Assembly: GCA_050014195.1 (NCBI GenBank)
Contig: JBEKDT010000002.1
Span: 32,001 to 96,000, forward strand
Origin: Desulfomonilia bacterium
GTDB lineage: Bacteria > Desulfobacterota > Desulfomonilia > UBA1062
Length of the DNA: 64,000 nt
Reading direction: 5' to 3'
Shown here piece after piece: positions 37,309 to 46,504 of this stretch (positions are counted from its first letter, which is position 1; every line of letters starts with the position of its first letter). The notes beneath the pieces are model-generated. The model was not told the origin of the DNA. It saw only the letters and a list, made by a program, of their open reading frames with translations, and ran no database searches. The translations under genes were made by a program, and so were the position numbers.

Positions 37309-38441
37309 ACGAGATATTCCCTCACCTCTCCCACTGTATAGAATGAGCCCGTGATCACGATGGCGCACCCGGTCTGTAGCGCCTCAAAAAAGGCCTGCAT
37401 GATGCTTCTGCACACGGTGATGCAGCCAAGGGCCTCCACACGCCTCAACTCGGGCTCTCCCCACGATCTCGGCGATTGCACCGGGGCTATGAAGAGGTGT
37501 GAGCATACTTCTTTCAGGGTTGTGGCAATCTTCAGGTAGTCCTTGTCTGCAAGGATACCCACTACTGCTACCCCATCAAAGCCGCAATTCTTCAGGTGCT
37601 CCACAAGAACTAGCATAGATGATGGATTGTGCGCCACATCCATGATAATACGCCTGCCTACCTTCTCAATCCTGCCCGGGAGGAAAGATGTCATGAGTGC
37701 ATGGTTGAGTCCGGTATCATCAGGATATGCACCGAGGATATGTGCAGCCTTCAGTGCCAGCGCCGCATTCATCCCTTGTGGCGCCCCGGCCTGTGCCACA
37801 GGGAGGATAACCGGATCTTGCACCTCATGCAGAACCGTCCCGATAGAGCGTGCATGTTTCCTGATCAATTCAAGGGCTTCACCTGTGGATGATGTAAGAA
37901 GGGGCCTTCCGGGCCTGGCAATCTGGGCCTTTTCCCGGGCGATGGCGGTAATGGTATCACCGAGATAGTCCGTGTGGTCGATGGATATCTCGGTGATAAG
38001 TGATACGGCCGGGTTCAGGGCATTGGATGCATCATACCTTCCGCCAAGCCCGACCTCAAAGATGCCCACATCGACCTTGCGCCGCTCGAACAACGCTGCA
38101 GCAAGTATCACACACCACTCGAAATAGGTAAGCCCCAGATCGCTTAGCTTGGGCTCCAATCCTTCGCGCAACCTTTTCAGCTCCGATGTGTTCGTCTCGA
38201 TCCCATTGATTCTGAATCGTTCCGTGAACCTGCTTACATGGGGAGACATGGTAGTACCGACGCTGCGGCCTGTGCTCATGAGGATTCTTTCTAGATAGGA
38301 GCAGGTGGATCCTTTTCCGTTCGTCCCTGCTACAAGTACATGGGGATAGGATTGTTCAGGATGATCGAGAATATCAAGGGCCCTTCTTACCCTTTCAAGT
38401 CCCAATGACCACTTGTACTGGTCCAGTCCTAAGAGAACCAT
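37287..38441 (-). CDS. folC: Folylpolyglutamate synthase/dihydrofolate synthase
   Basis: VAGTNGKGST, SPHV, TYFE, EVGLGGRYDASN, IDHTDYLG, DVAHNP, TGSFY. Confidence 0.93.
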   Translation of the reverse strand: MVLLGLDQYKWSLGLERVRRALDILDHPEQSYPHVLVAGTNGKGSTCSYLERILMSTGRSVGTTMSPHVSRFTERFRINGIETNTSELKRLREGLEPKLSDLGLTYFEWCVILAAALFERRKVDVGIFEVGLGGRYDASNALNPAVSLITEISIDHTDYLGDTITAIAREKAQIARPGRPLLTSSTGEALELIRKHARSIGTVLHEVQDPVILPVAQAGAPQGMNAALALKAAHILGAYPDDTGLNHALMTSFLPGRIEKVGRRIIMDVAHNPSSMLVLVEHLKNCGFDGVAVVGILADKDYLKIATTLKEVCSHLFIAPVQSPRSWGEPELRRVEALGCITVCRSIMQAFFEALQTGCAIVITGSFYTVGEVREYLVCRGWSS

Positions 38442-39178
38442 TTCAGGAAGAAGGCAATGACTTCGCGCATCCGGTGCCTGTGTACGATCATGTCGATGAA
38501 CCCGTTCGCCATCAACCTGAGGGCATCCTGGAAGTCAGGAGGCAAGGTGCAGTTCATGGTAGCTTCTATGACTCGCGGCCCTGCAAAACCTATCCGAGCG
38601 CCCGGCTCTGCAAGCATTATATCCGCAAGCCCTGCAAAGCTTGCACTTACACCACCGGTTGTAGGGTCGGTGAAGATGGTGATCATGGGAACATCCTGGG
38701 TCGACGTCCTGGCATTGACCGTGCGAAGCATCTGAAGAAGCCCCCAGATACCCTCCTGTACACGTACACCGCCCGAGGCGCAAAAAACAACCAGGGGAAT
38801 CTGTTTGCGCTGGGCGTTATGCATCATATCCACAACGGCCTGACCGACAATCACACCCATGGACCCGCCTTTGAAGGAAAAATCCATTACCCCGAGGACA
38901 CAAGGCTGACCGAGAATCGTAGCCCTTCCGTATTTAAGCGCATCATCGGAAGCAGGGGTGATCTCTTCTGCACGTACAGGAGCGGCCTCAATCTCCACAA
39001 ATGACCCCTCATCGCACACAAGCGCGATCCTGTCCTTTGCGTTCATGCGGAAATGATGGTCGCAGTGCGGGCAGACCCACTTATTCTCCACGAGTTTGGA
39101 TGTGATGATGATCTCGGAGCAGGAGGGGCATTCGGACCATCTCCCGTCCTTTTTGGCTATATCTAAGACTTCGGTCAA
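38429..39178 (-). CDS. accD: Acetyl-CoA carboxylase carboxyltransferase beta subunit
   Basis: WSECPSC..VCPHCDHH Zn finger, GGSMG, SGGVRVQEG, DPTTGGVSASFA, GFAGPRVIE. Confidence 0.93.
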   Translation of the reverse strand: MTEVLDIAKKDGRWSECPSCSEIIITSKLVENKWVCPHCDHHFRMNAKDRIALVCDEGSFVEIEAAPVRAEEITPASDDALKYGRATILGQPCVLGVMDFSFKGGSMGVIVGQAVVDMMHNAQRKQIPLVVFCASGGVRVQEGIWGLLQMLRTVNARTSTQDVPMITIFTDPTTGGVSASFAGLADIMLAEPGARIGFAGPRVIEATMNCTLPPDFQDALRLMANGFIDMIVHRHRMREVIAFFLKWFS

Positions 39179-39924
39179 ATGGTGATTACCTCCCCCCCTC
39201 GGATATACTCAAAACTTTTGGGCAGCTCTGCTACGACCTCTTCCATATGCTTGGGCTTGATATGGTAGATGATCATCCGGGTGGAGGGGGAAAGGGCCCC
39301 GTTGAGGCCTTTCACGATCAGTTCGGGAGTCAGGTGTTGGGTGATTGAAGCGATTTTGCCCATTGAGCTTGGGAAGGATGCCTCGATAAAGCATGCCTTC
39401 AGGTCGGAGCCGAGAGATTTGATGAGATCGAAGAGCCCCTGATGGAATCCGGTATCCCCGGTGAACAGGGCATACCTTCCGTCTTCACCGATCACATAGC
39501 CGAGTGAGCCTTCGATATGGTTCTCTGCAAAGGTCTTTACACGGATGCCGTCAAGGTCGAACCAGTCATCAGGAACATGCTCAAGGCTTAAGAACGAGCT
39601 GTCGACATCGAGCTCTGCCATATCAGGCCAGATAAGCCCGTTAAAGATATGGGTCTGTAGGGCCTCGATGGTGGTCCGGCTGCCCATGACTCGAATTCCA
39701 TGGGTATGTGACGAGAAGAGGGCGTCTACCAAGAATGGAAGCTCCTTGATGTGATCGATGTGCGGGTGTGTGATCAGTACGTTCCTGATCCCCACCAGCT
39801 TGCTCTCGGGGAGCACTGATACGACAGATCCTGCATCGATCAGGATCTTGCCGTTGATCAGGATGCTGGTTGTATTGTAACCCTGCATCATTGATCCGCT
39901 GCAGCCGAGTATTTCGATCTTCAT
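39175..39924 (-). CDS. Class II cAMP phosphodiesterase-like metallo-beta-lactamase fold protein
   Basis: LGCSGS, IDAGS, THPHIDHI, HIFNGLIWPD, TGDT, EASFP, HLTP, YHIKP. Confidence 0.8.
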   Translation of the reverse strand: MKIEILGCSGSMMQGYNTTSILINGKILIDAGSVVSVLPESKLVGIRNVLITHPHIDHIKELPFLVDALFSSHTHGIRVMGSRTTIEALQTHIFNGLIWPDMAELDVDSSFLSLEHVPDDWFDLDGIRVKTFAENHIEGSLGYVIGEDGRYALFTGDTGFHQGLFDLIKSLGSDLKACFIEASFPSSMGKIASITQHLTPELIVKGLNGALSPSTRMIIYHIKPKHMEEVVAELPKSFEYIRGGEVITI

Positions 39925-40118
39925 CTACTCTGGTACCCTTACCTCAAACAATGTGCATTTTCCACACCATTGTTCGAACTGATTTCCTCTCTCTTCGGTT
40001 TTTATGAGCTGCAACTGAAATTGATTACATTTAATCAGGACTTTTCGATAGCCTCAGAGACGAGGGCTTTCTATCTTTGCATTGATGAGAGAATCGGTTG
40101 TGGGCAATAACCCTATAT

Positions 40119-41177
40119 TCAACTGTCGCCCTTCGTGAACTTCTTGGCTATGGTGCTTACCTGTTGTGAAAAGGCCCTGTGGCACACGAGGATGGAATCA
40201 GGGCCTTCCACCACAACCAGGTCATTCACGCCGATGAGAACGATGTGCTTGTCCGTAGACCATATCACATTACTCTCGGCGTTGATGAGCTCCGCTGAAC
40301 CTCGAACGGTATTCCCCTTTGCATCTGTGGCGAAGAGATTACCCATTGCATCCCAGCTGCCAACATCACTCCAGCCGAAGTCTACCGGGATCACGGCCAC
40401 CCGATTTGCCTTTTCCATAATACCATAGTCTATGGAGACCATGGGGGCTGCCTGATAGAAACGCTCGATGCAGTCAGGATCGATGTCAAGACAAGACTTG
40501 AGTTTCATAAGCTCATCGTAGAGATCAACCATATGACGCGAGAACATGTCGAGAATGGTGTCCACCCGCCAGAGGAACATACCCGCGTTCCACAGGTAAC
40601 CGCTCTTGAGATACTGCTCGGCAAGGATACGGGCAGGTTTTTCATGAAAAGACTTTACCCTCTTGAGGGTAAGGCCGCCCTGGCTGAGGAGAACCACCTC
40701 GGGTGCTATATATCCGTAACCGGTCTCCGGCCTTTCTGGAACAACACCCAGGGTAATAAGGAGATCAGCGTGCGACTCTAGTGCCTTGGTCCCGAAGAGT
40801 ATGGCTTCTTTCAGTTTCGCAGGTTCACGGATGAGGTGATCTGATGGGAACACTGTCATTATGGCTTCAGGGTCCTTCTTCGCGATGACCACCGCCGCAT
40901 ACCCGATGCACGGGGCGGTATTGCGCCCGACCGGTTCGGCAAGGATATTGGCCCGGGGTATCTCGGGCAGCTCTTCCGCAACCTTTGAAGCCAGGTTCTT
41001 TGAGGTGACCACATAGATATTTTCAGGAGGCGCCATATCCACGGATCGTTCAAACGTAGCCCTCAACAAGCTCTTGTTACCCTCAAACGGGATAAGCTGC
41101 TTCGGCATTTCAGCAGATGATACCGGCCACAGCCGCTCCCCCTTGCCCCCCGCCATGATCACGACTTGTAGAGCCAT
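40119..41177 (-). CDS. manC: Mannose-1-phosphate guanylyltransferase
   Basis: MAGGKGERLWPVS..PKQ, EPVGRNTAP, PSDH, PETGYGYI, EKP, SIDYGIMEK, WSDVGSW. Confidence 0.93.
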   Translation of the reverse strand: MALQVVIMAGGKGERLWPVSSAEMPKQLIPFEGNKSLLRATFERSVDMAPPENIYVVTSKNLASKVAEELPEIPRANILAEPVGRNTAPCIGYAAVVIAKKDPEAIMTVFPSDHLIREPAKLKEAILFGTKALESHADLLITLGVVPERPETGYGYIAPEVVLLSQGGLTLKRVKSFHEKPARILAEQYLKSGYLWNAGMFLWRVDTILDMFSRHMVDLYDELMKLKSCLDIDPDCIERFYQAAPMVSIDYGIMEKANRVAVIPVDFGWSDVGSWDAMGNLFATDAKGNTVRGSAELINAESNVIWSTDKHIVLIGVNDLVVVEGPDSILVCHRAFSQQVSTIAKKFTKGDS

Positions 41178-41305
41178 AGTGTCCCTCCTCTATCCACTAT
41201 CGGAATCCGTATATTCGTAACTGTAGAATTGGATCGTTATACTCCAAAAAGTGTTCAGAATGTAGTGACGAGTTGATCATAGAGTGACTGCAATGAAAAC
41301 TAACC

Positions 41306-41362
41306 GTAGGAGCGCCTTCAGCCGCGACACTATGGCCAGGTCGCGCCTGAAGGCGCTCCTAC
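41306..41362. repeat. GTAG-family REP doublet (REPIN-like)
   Basis: GTAGGAGCGCCTTCAGCCGCGA-N13-TCGCGCCTGAAGGCGCTCCTAC. Confidence 0.8.
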
Positions 41363-41477
41363 AAAATATTTAAAGATATCGGAGGGGATCTATTCGATTC
41401 TCAATTTACCTTGCTTGCATCAGGCAGGCTTAAGGATATATAACCCATACATTCGCAACCATATCCGGAGGAATACT

Positions 41478-42449
41478 ATGTTTCCAGAAAACAGACCCCG
41501 CAGGCTGAGACGCACGGATACTATCAGGCGCATGGTAAGGGAGACACGTGTCCATGTGGACAACCTCGTCTACCCGCTTTTTATAAAGGAGGGTTCCTCC
41601 CTGAAAGAGCCCATCGATACCATGCCGGGCCAGTTCCGATATTCACCCGACATGCTGCCCAAGCTGGCCAAACAGATTGCTGCACAGAATATCCCGGCGA
41701 TTCTCCTTTTCGGCATACCCAGGAAAAAAGACGCCACGGGGACCTCGGCCCATCAAAAAGACGGGGTGGTCCAGCAGGCCCTGCGCCGCATCAAGGATGC
41801 AGCACCTGAGCTCATGGCCATCACGGATGTGTGCCTGTGCGAGTATACCGACCATGGGCATTGCGGCATCCTCGATGACAAGGGACAGGTGAGCAACGAT
41901 GATACCCTGGAGGTCCTGTCCACCGTTGCCCTTTCCCATGCCAAGGCAGGCGCCGACATCATCGCACCATCCGACATGATGGACGGCCGTGTCGGCATCA
42001 TCCGTGAGTCTTTGGATGAGAACGGGTTCGAACATATTCCCATCCTGAGCTATGCAGTAAAATATGCATCCACATTCTATGGCCCCTTCCGTGAGGCGGC
42101 AGGATCTGCTCCCTCTTTCGGCGACAGGAAGGGCTACCAGATGGACCCCGCCAATGTCCGGGAGGCTATGCGCGAGGCTGCATACGATATCGAGGAGGGC
42201 GCGGACATGATCATGGTAAAGCCTGCCCTGCCCTACCTGGATGTAATCCGCCTCATTGCGGATGAATTCGACTCCCCCTTGGCCGCATACCAGGTCTCCG
42301 GCGAATATGCCATGATCAAGGCCGCCTGCGAGAGGGGCTGGCTCAGTGAAGATGCGTGCATCCTTGAGTCTGTCACTGCAATCAGGCGTGCAGGTGCGGA
42401 CATTATCATTTCCTATTTCGCACCGAGACTCGCCGAGCTGCTTGCATGA
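41478..42449 (+). CDS. hemB: Porphobilinogen synthase
   Basis: RPRRLR, DVCLCEYTDHGHCG, APSDMMDGR, FYGPFR, MVKPA, YQVSGEY. SD GGAGG. Confidence 0.97.
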   Translation: MFPENRPRRLRRTDTIRRMVRETRVHVDNLVYPLFIKEGSSLKEPIDTMPGQFRYSPDMLPKLAKQIAAQNIPAILLFGIPRKKDATGTSAHQKDGVVQQALRRIKDAAPELMAITDVCLCEYTDHGHCGILDDKGQVSNDDTLEVLSTVALSHAKAGADIIAPSDMMDGRVGIIRESLDENGFEHIPILSYAVKYASTFYGPFREAAGSAPSFGDRKGYQMDPANVREAMREAAYDIEEGADMIMVKPALPYLDVIRLIADEFDSPLAAYQVSGEYAMIKAACERGWLSEDACILESVTAIRRAGADIIISYFAPRLAELLA

Positions 42450-43435
42450 AGCTTCCGCATATCCTTGCCTGGGAGCTTACCAAGGCATGCAACCTGAGCT
42501 GCATCCACTGCAGGGCCTCCGCCACGGACAAACCATGCTCGGATGAGCTCACTACAGATGAAGGGTTTGCCTTGTTAAAAGACCTTTCCAAAGGCGGCAC
42601 CCGGCTCGTCATCCTCTCGGGCGGCGAGGCATTGGTCCACGAGGATGTGTTTACGATCGCAGCATACGGGACATCGCTGGGACTACGCATGACCCTTGCC
42701 ACCAACGGTTCTCTCGTGACGCCCGAGGTGGCAGGGAAGATGAAGGAATCCGGTATAGTCCGAGTCTCCGTGAGCCTGGACGGCGTCACGAGCGATATCC
42801 ATGACACCTTCCGGGGGTTGCCGGGAGCCTTTAACATGGCGCTCGAGGGCATGAGGATACTCGTCGCCGAAGGAGTACCCGTCCAGGTGAATACCACAGC
42901 TGCAGCAATGAACATCTCGCAGATGAAACTTTTTCCTGACTTTCTTAAAGGCTTGGGGGTGATGGCATGGCATGTCTTCTTCCTGGTGCCCACAGGCAGG
43001 GGAGAGAACGTGGAACCGGCCAAGACAATGCAGTACAGGGACATGCTTGAAGATTTCCATGCAGCTTCAAAGATATCTCAAATCGAATGCAAGGCCACCT
43101 GCGCCCCGCAGTACTATAGGATGCTCGCCGAGAAGGAAGGATCAAGCCCTACCAAAGGCTGCCTGGCAGGCACCGGGTTCGGCTTCGTCTCATCTACAGG
43201 CACAGTCCGGCCCTGCGGTTTCCTCCAGATCGACTGCGGGAATATCAGGAAAGAATCAATCAACGTAATCTGGGACCAATCCCCTCTGCTCAGGCAGCTG
43301 AGGGATGAGGGGCGGCTCAAGGGGAAGTGCGGCGTGTGCAAATTCGTTGCGGTCTGCGGGGGCTGCCGTGCCAGGGCATATGAGGTACACGGTGATTCCA
43401 TGGAGGTTGACTCCATCTGCTGGTATCCGAAGTAG
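42446..43435 (+). CDS. ahbD: Radical SAM/SPASM heme b synthase AhbD (NirJ-like)
   Basis: WELTKACNLSCIHCRA, FFLVPTGRG, KATCAPQYYR, GCLAG, KGKCGVC..CGGCRARAY. Lies between hemB and ahbA. Confidence 0.78.
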   Translation: MKLPHILAWELTKACNLSCIHCRASATDKPCSDELTTDEGFALLKDLSKGGTRLVILSGGEALVHEDVFTIAAYGTSLGLRMTLATNGSLVTPEVAGKMKESGIVRVSVSLDGVTSDIHDTFRGLPGAFNMALEGMRILVAEGVPVQVNTTAAAMNISQMKLFPDFLKGLGVMAWHVFFLVPTGRGENVEPAKTMQYRDMLEDFHAASKISQIECKATCAPQYYRMLAEKEGSSPTKGCLAGTGFGFVSSTGTVRPCGFLQIDCGNIRKESINVIWDQSPLLRQLRDEGRLKGKCGVCKFVAVCGGCRARAYEVHGDSMEVDSICWYPK

Positions 43436-43467
43436 CAATGTAGGGTGGGTAGTAATGGAAACTATGC

Positions 43468-43914
43468 ATGGATAGAATAGACAAAAAGATCCTCAGTATC
43501 ATCAACAAATCAATCCCCATTTCCGAACGGCCGTTCCTGGCCGTGGCCGAGACTATGGGCATGTCCGAAGCAGAGGTGCTCGACCGCTTAAAAAAACTGA
43601 AGACCAGCGGCATCATCAGGCGGATCGGCGCGACCATCAATCCACGCACCATCGGCTGGAACTCCACGTTATGCGCAGCTGATGTGGCGATGGACCGCAT
43701 TGAAGAATTTGCCGAGTTCATAGACAGATATAATGAGGTGACCCACAACTACCTGAGGGAAGGATACCCCAACTGCTGGTTTACACTCATTGCGCCAAGC
43801 TCGGATCGTATCAGCGAAATCATCTCCGAGATAGAACATGCCCTCAATATCAAGATCATTAACCTGCCTGCCCGGAAGGTCTTCAAGATCAGGGTAGCCT
43901 TGGAAATTGAGTAG
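43468..43914 (+). CDS. ahbA: Siroheme decarboxylase subunit alpha (AsnC/NirD-like)
   Basis: PISERPF, GIIRRIGA, STLCAA, VTHNYLR, WFTLIA. Confidence 0.82.
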   Translation: MDRIDKKILSIINKSIPISERPFLAVAETMGMSEAEVLDRLKKLKTSGIIRRIGATINPRTIGWNSTLCAADVAMDRIEEFAEFIDRYNEVTHNYLREGYPNCWFTLIAPSSDRISEIISEIEHALNIKIINLPARKVFKIRVALEIE

Positions 43915-43922
43915 CGCTTTCC

Positions 43923-44405
43923 TTATCTAAACACCCTTGAGATGATGCTCTGTTTAGGTTTACCCTGGTATTTCTTCTCCTCTTCCTCATACCCGACGCA
44001 GGTGAAGTATATGGCCCGGTCAAAGAACCACACCACCCGGTTGTTGAATTCAAGCGCCTGCATGAGTTGGAAAGAGGAATCGAAGAAGTTCGCCTCCTGT
44101 ACATAGAGCCACAAATGCCGTTTGATGAGCTCTAGAGCCATGACAACATCGCTTAAGGGGATGCCCTCATGAAACCTCTGAATTCCAAGTTTCAGGTAAT
44201 GGTCCTTGATTTCACCCCTTACCCTGTCCCCCACGAGCCAAGAATCAAGCCTGCTGTAAACATCATATACACGGTCATAGACACTGTCTTTATTCAGCTT
44301 ACGATAGCCCTTGGTCTCCTCTCTGCTGAGCAGGTCCTTACAGAGGCGGTTGGTCAATGTGTCGGCGTTATCCTTAATCATATCAACTAATTTTTCCGAT
44401 ATCAT
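43923..44405 (-). CDS. Small all-helical protein (RsbRD-N/globin-like sensor fold suspected), paralog 1
   Basis: SD GGAGG before ATG 44405. Shares RVYDVYSxLxxWL, GIPL, LIKRHLWLY, NNRxVxFFDRAI, VGYEEE with its neighbour. Confidence 0.7.
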   Translation of the reverse strand: MISEKLVDMIKDNADTLTNRLCKDLLSREETKGYRKLNKDSVYDRVYDVYSRLDSWLVGDRVRGEIKDHYLKLGIQRFHEGIPLSDVVMALELIKRHLWLYVQEANFFDSSFQLMQALEFNNRVVWFFDRAIYFTCVGYEEEEKKYQGKPKQSIISRVFR

Positions 44406-44500
44406 ACGGCCTCCCTCATGGGTGTAATTATCCTGATGCTTCCTTAAAAAGAACAAACCATTTCCAGCGCCGGCGGGATCCTCCCGTCTAAAAAAAGCAA

Positions 44501-44989
44501 CTACTTCTTCTTAAAAAACTTGCTCAGCAGACTTTCAGAACTGGACTTTACATATTTGACCAATTCCTCCTCATATCCGACGGTCGCGGCAATGATGGCA
44601 CGATCAAAGAAAAGTACGATGCGGTTGTTCATCTCAAGGCTTTTCATGAGCTCATAGGATGATTCGAAAAAGTGTTTCTCCAGGAGATACAGCCAGAGAT
44701 GCCGTTTGATGAGCATAAGAAACATGACCACTTCATGCAGCGGGATGCCGTCTTGAAAACGTTTCTTCCCCATCTCACTGAAACGCTTGTGGATCTCCTC
44801 TTTGGGACGGGCCCTGTCCAGCCAGTAACTTAAATTGCTGTATACATCGTATACCCGCTCATACATGATCTCTTCAGAATACTTTTTATGGTACTCTGTC
44901 TCTCCTCTGGTCAGGAGATCCTTGACAACCCTTCTGGACAACGGCTCGGCATCGGTTTTCAAAACTTCCATAATCTTCAAATAAAGCAT
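44501..44989 (-). CDS. Small all-helical protein, paralog 2
   Basis: SD GGAGGAG. Co-linear similarity to 43923-44405. Confidence 0.7.
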   Translation of the reverse strand: MLYLKIMEVLKTDAEPLSRRVVKDLLTRGETEYHKKYSEEIMYERVYDVYSNLSYWLDRARPKEEIHKRFSEMGKKRFQDGIPLHEVVMFLMLIKRHLWLYLLEKHFFESSYELMKSLEMNNRIVLFFDRAIIAATVGYEEELVKYVKSSSESLLSKFFKKK

Positions 44990-45144
44990 GACTCCTCCAT
45001 TCGCATGTATACCGGGCGTATGATTCGGCCAGACCCGTCGTATTTCTTTTTATAATACATTGATTCCATGCAAAAGCGCAACGATCAAAACCTCAAGGAG
45101 GATTGGAACCCCCTCCCTGGGAAAGATCGTTTATCATCATTATG

Positions 45145-45555
45145 CTATTTATGGTACGGTTCACCCCGAATGATGGTGAAGGCACGGTAGACCTGTTCCA
45201 GAAGCATTACCCTGATAAGCTGATGATTGAATACCATGCAGGACAGCGACAATGACATGTCCGCATTTTCCAGAACGGTCTTGGGGAGCCCTTCCGGACC
45301 CCCAACATAGAAAAAGAGATTCTTGGTGCCGGAGAGCTGATAGCGCTCAAGGAGCTTGGCGAATCCCTCTGAAGTCAGCGTACTTCCTTCGGGAACCAAA
45401 ACGATATGCCTGCCTACCCTGGTCTGCGGTTGGAGATCCTTGGATTCGATTATCTCGGTTGGTGCATACTTCTGGATTCTTTTAAAGTATTCTTCCACTG
45501 ACTCCTTTATGGGTCCCTGATTGGTCTTGCCGGAAAAACAGAAGACGATCTTCAC
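45145..45555 (-). CDS. rlmH: 23S rRNA m3Psi1915 methyltransferase
   Basis: VGGPEGL, LSLS, HQLIRVMLLEQVYRAFTIIRGEPYHK. Confidence 0.95.
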   Translation of the reverse strand: MKIVFCFSGKTNQGPIKESVEEYFKRIQKYAPTEIIESKDLQPQTRVGRHIVLVPEGSTLTSEGFAKLLERYQLSGTKNLFFYVGGPEGLPKTVLENADMSLSLSCMVFNHQLIRVMLLEQVYRAFTIIRGEPYHK

Positions 45556-45873
45556 TTAAAGCACCCTTTTGGCCTCATACCACATGCTTTCCATATCATA
45601 GTAGCGCCTGATATCATCCTGGAATATGTGTATGACGACATCTACATAATCCAGAAGCACCCAGCGCCCTTGTCCTATTCCCTCCCTGCCGTAGGGCTTC
45701 CCGAAAGTTGCTATTACGTGTTCCGCCATGGCCTGGATCTGCCGGTCGGACATTCCCGTGCAGATGATGATATAATCGGTGAAGGAGCATACCCCGCGCA
45801 CGTCCAACACTACGGTGTCAGCGGCCTTTTTATCCTCCAAGGCCGAAACATACTCTTTCCACTGCGGCTTCAT
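45556..45873 (-). CDS. rsfS: Ribosome silencing factor
   Basis: DKKAAD..LDV, DYIIICTG.SDRQ, EG..WVLLDYVDVVIHIF..RRYYDMESMW. Confidence 0.93.
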   Translation of the reverse strand: MKPQWKEYVSALEDKKAADTVVLDVRGVCSFTDYIIICTGMSDRQIQAMAEHVIATFGKPYGREGIGQGRWVLLDYVDVVIHIFQDDIRRYYDMESMWYEAKRVL

Positions 45874-45874
45874 T

Positions 45875-46504
45875 CTAGGTGTAGATTCTTTCATTTCTGA
45901 TATAGTCATGCACCTCCTCAAGAACGAGATATTTTATGGATCTTCCCTGCTTGTTTAGGTTACGGATCTGTGAAGATGATACCGCATAGGCAGTGACTTC
46001 TACAAATATAATTTCATTGTTGGAATCGTTGATGAACCCCTTCGGGGTTGCCTGGAAGCGTTCTGCTCTTTTCCCAAGCAGATCGGCAAGAGGGTATTTT
46101 AAGGCATCCGGCCTGGACATGACGACGAAGTGTGCGACATCGAAGAGTCTTTCAGCCTGATACCAGCTTGATATCTCGTTGAAGGCGTCCTGGCCGAGGA
46201 TGAAGTATGGTATAGAGCCGTATGTTTCACGGATATGTTCGATGGTCTTGATCGAATACGAACTCCCGAGGCTGTCCACCTCGAAGGATGACACCTCGAA
46301 GTGGGGATTGGACTTGACCGCCAGCCTCACGATCTCGAGACGCTTGGACCCCTCCACATTATCGGAGAGTTCTTTATGCGGCGGGAGATAGGAAGGCACG
46401 AAGATGATCTTATCCAAGAGAAGTGCTTCCCGAACCTCTTCGGCAACGCGAAGGTGCCCTATGTGAATAGGGTTGAATGTGCCGCCGAATAGTCCCAGCC
46501 TCAT
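45875..46504 (-). CDS. nadD: Nicotinate-nucleotide adenylyltransferase
   Basis: GGTFNPIHIGH, PPHK, GQD, VSSSQIR. Confidence 0.95.
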   Translation of the reverse strand: MRLGLFGGTFNPIHIGHLRVAEEVREALLLDKIIFVPSYLPPHKELSDNVEGSKRLEIVRLAVKSNPHFEVSSFEVDSLGSSYSIKTIEHIRETYGSIPYFILGQDAFNEISSWYQAERLFDVAHFVVMSRPDALKYPLADLLGKRAERFQATPKGFINDSNNEIIFVEVTAYAVSSSQIRNLNKQGRSIKYLVLEEVHDYIRNERIYT

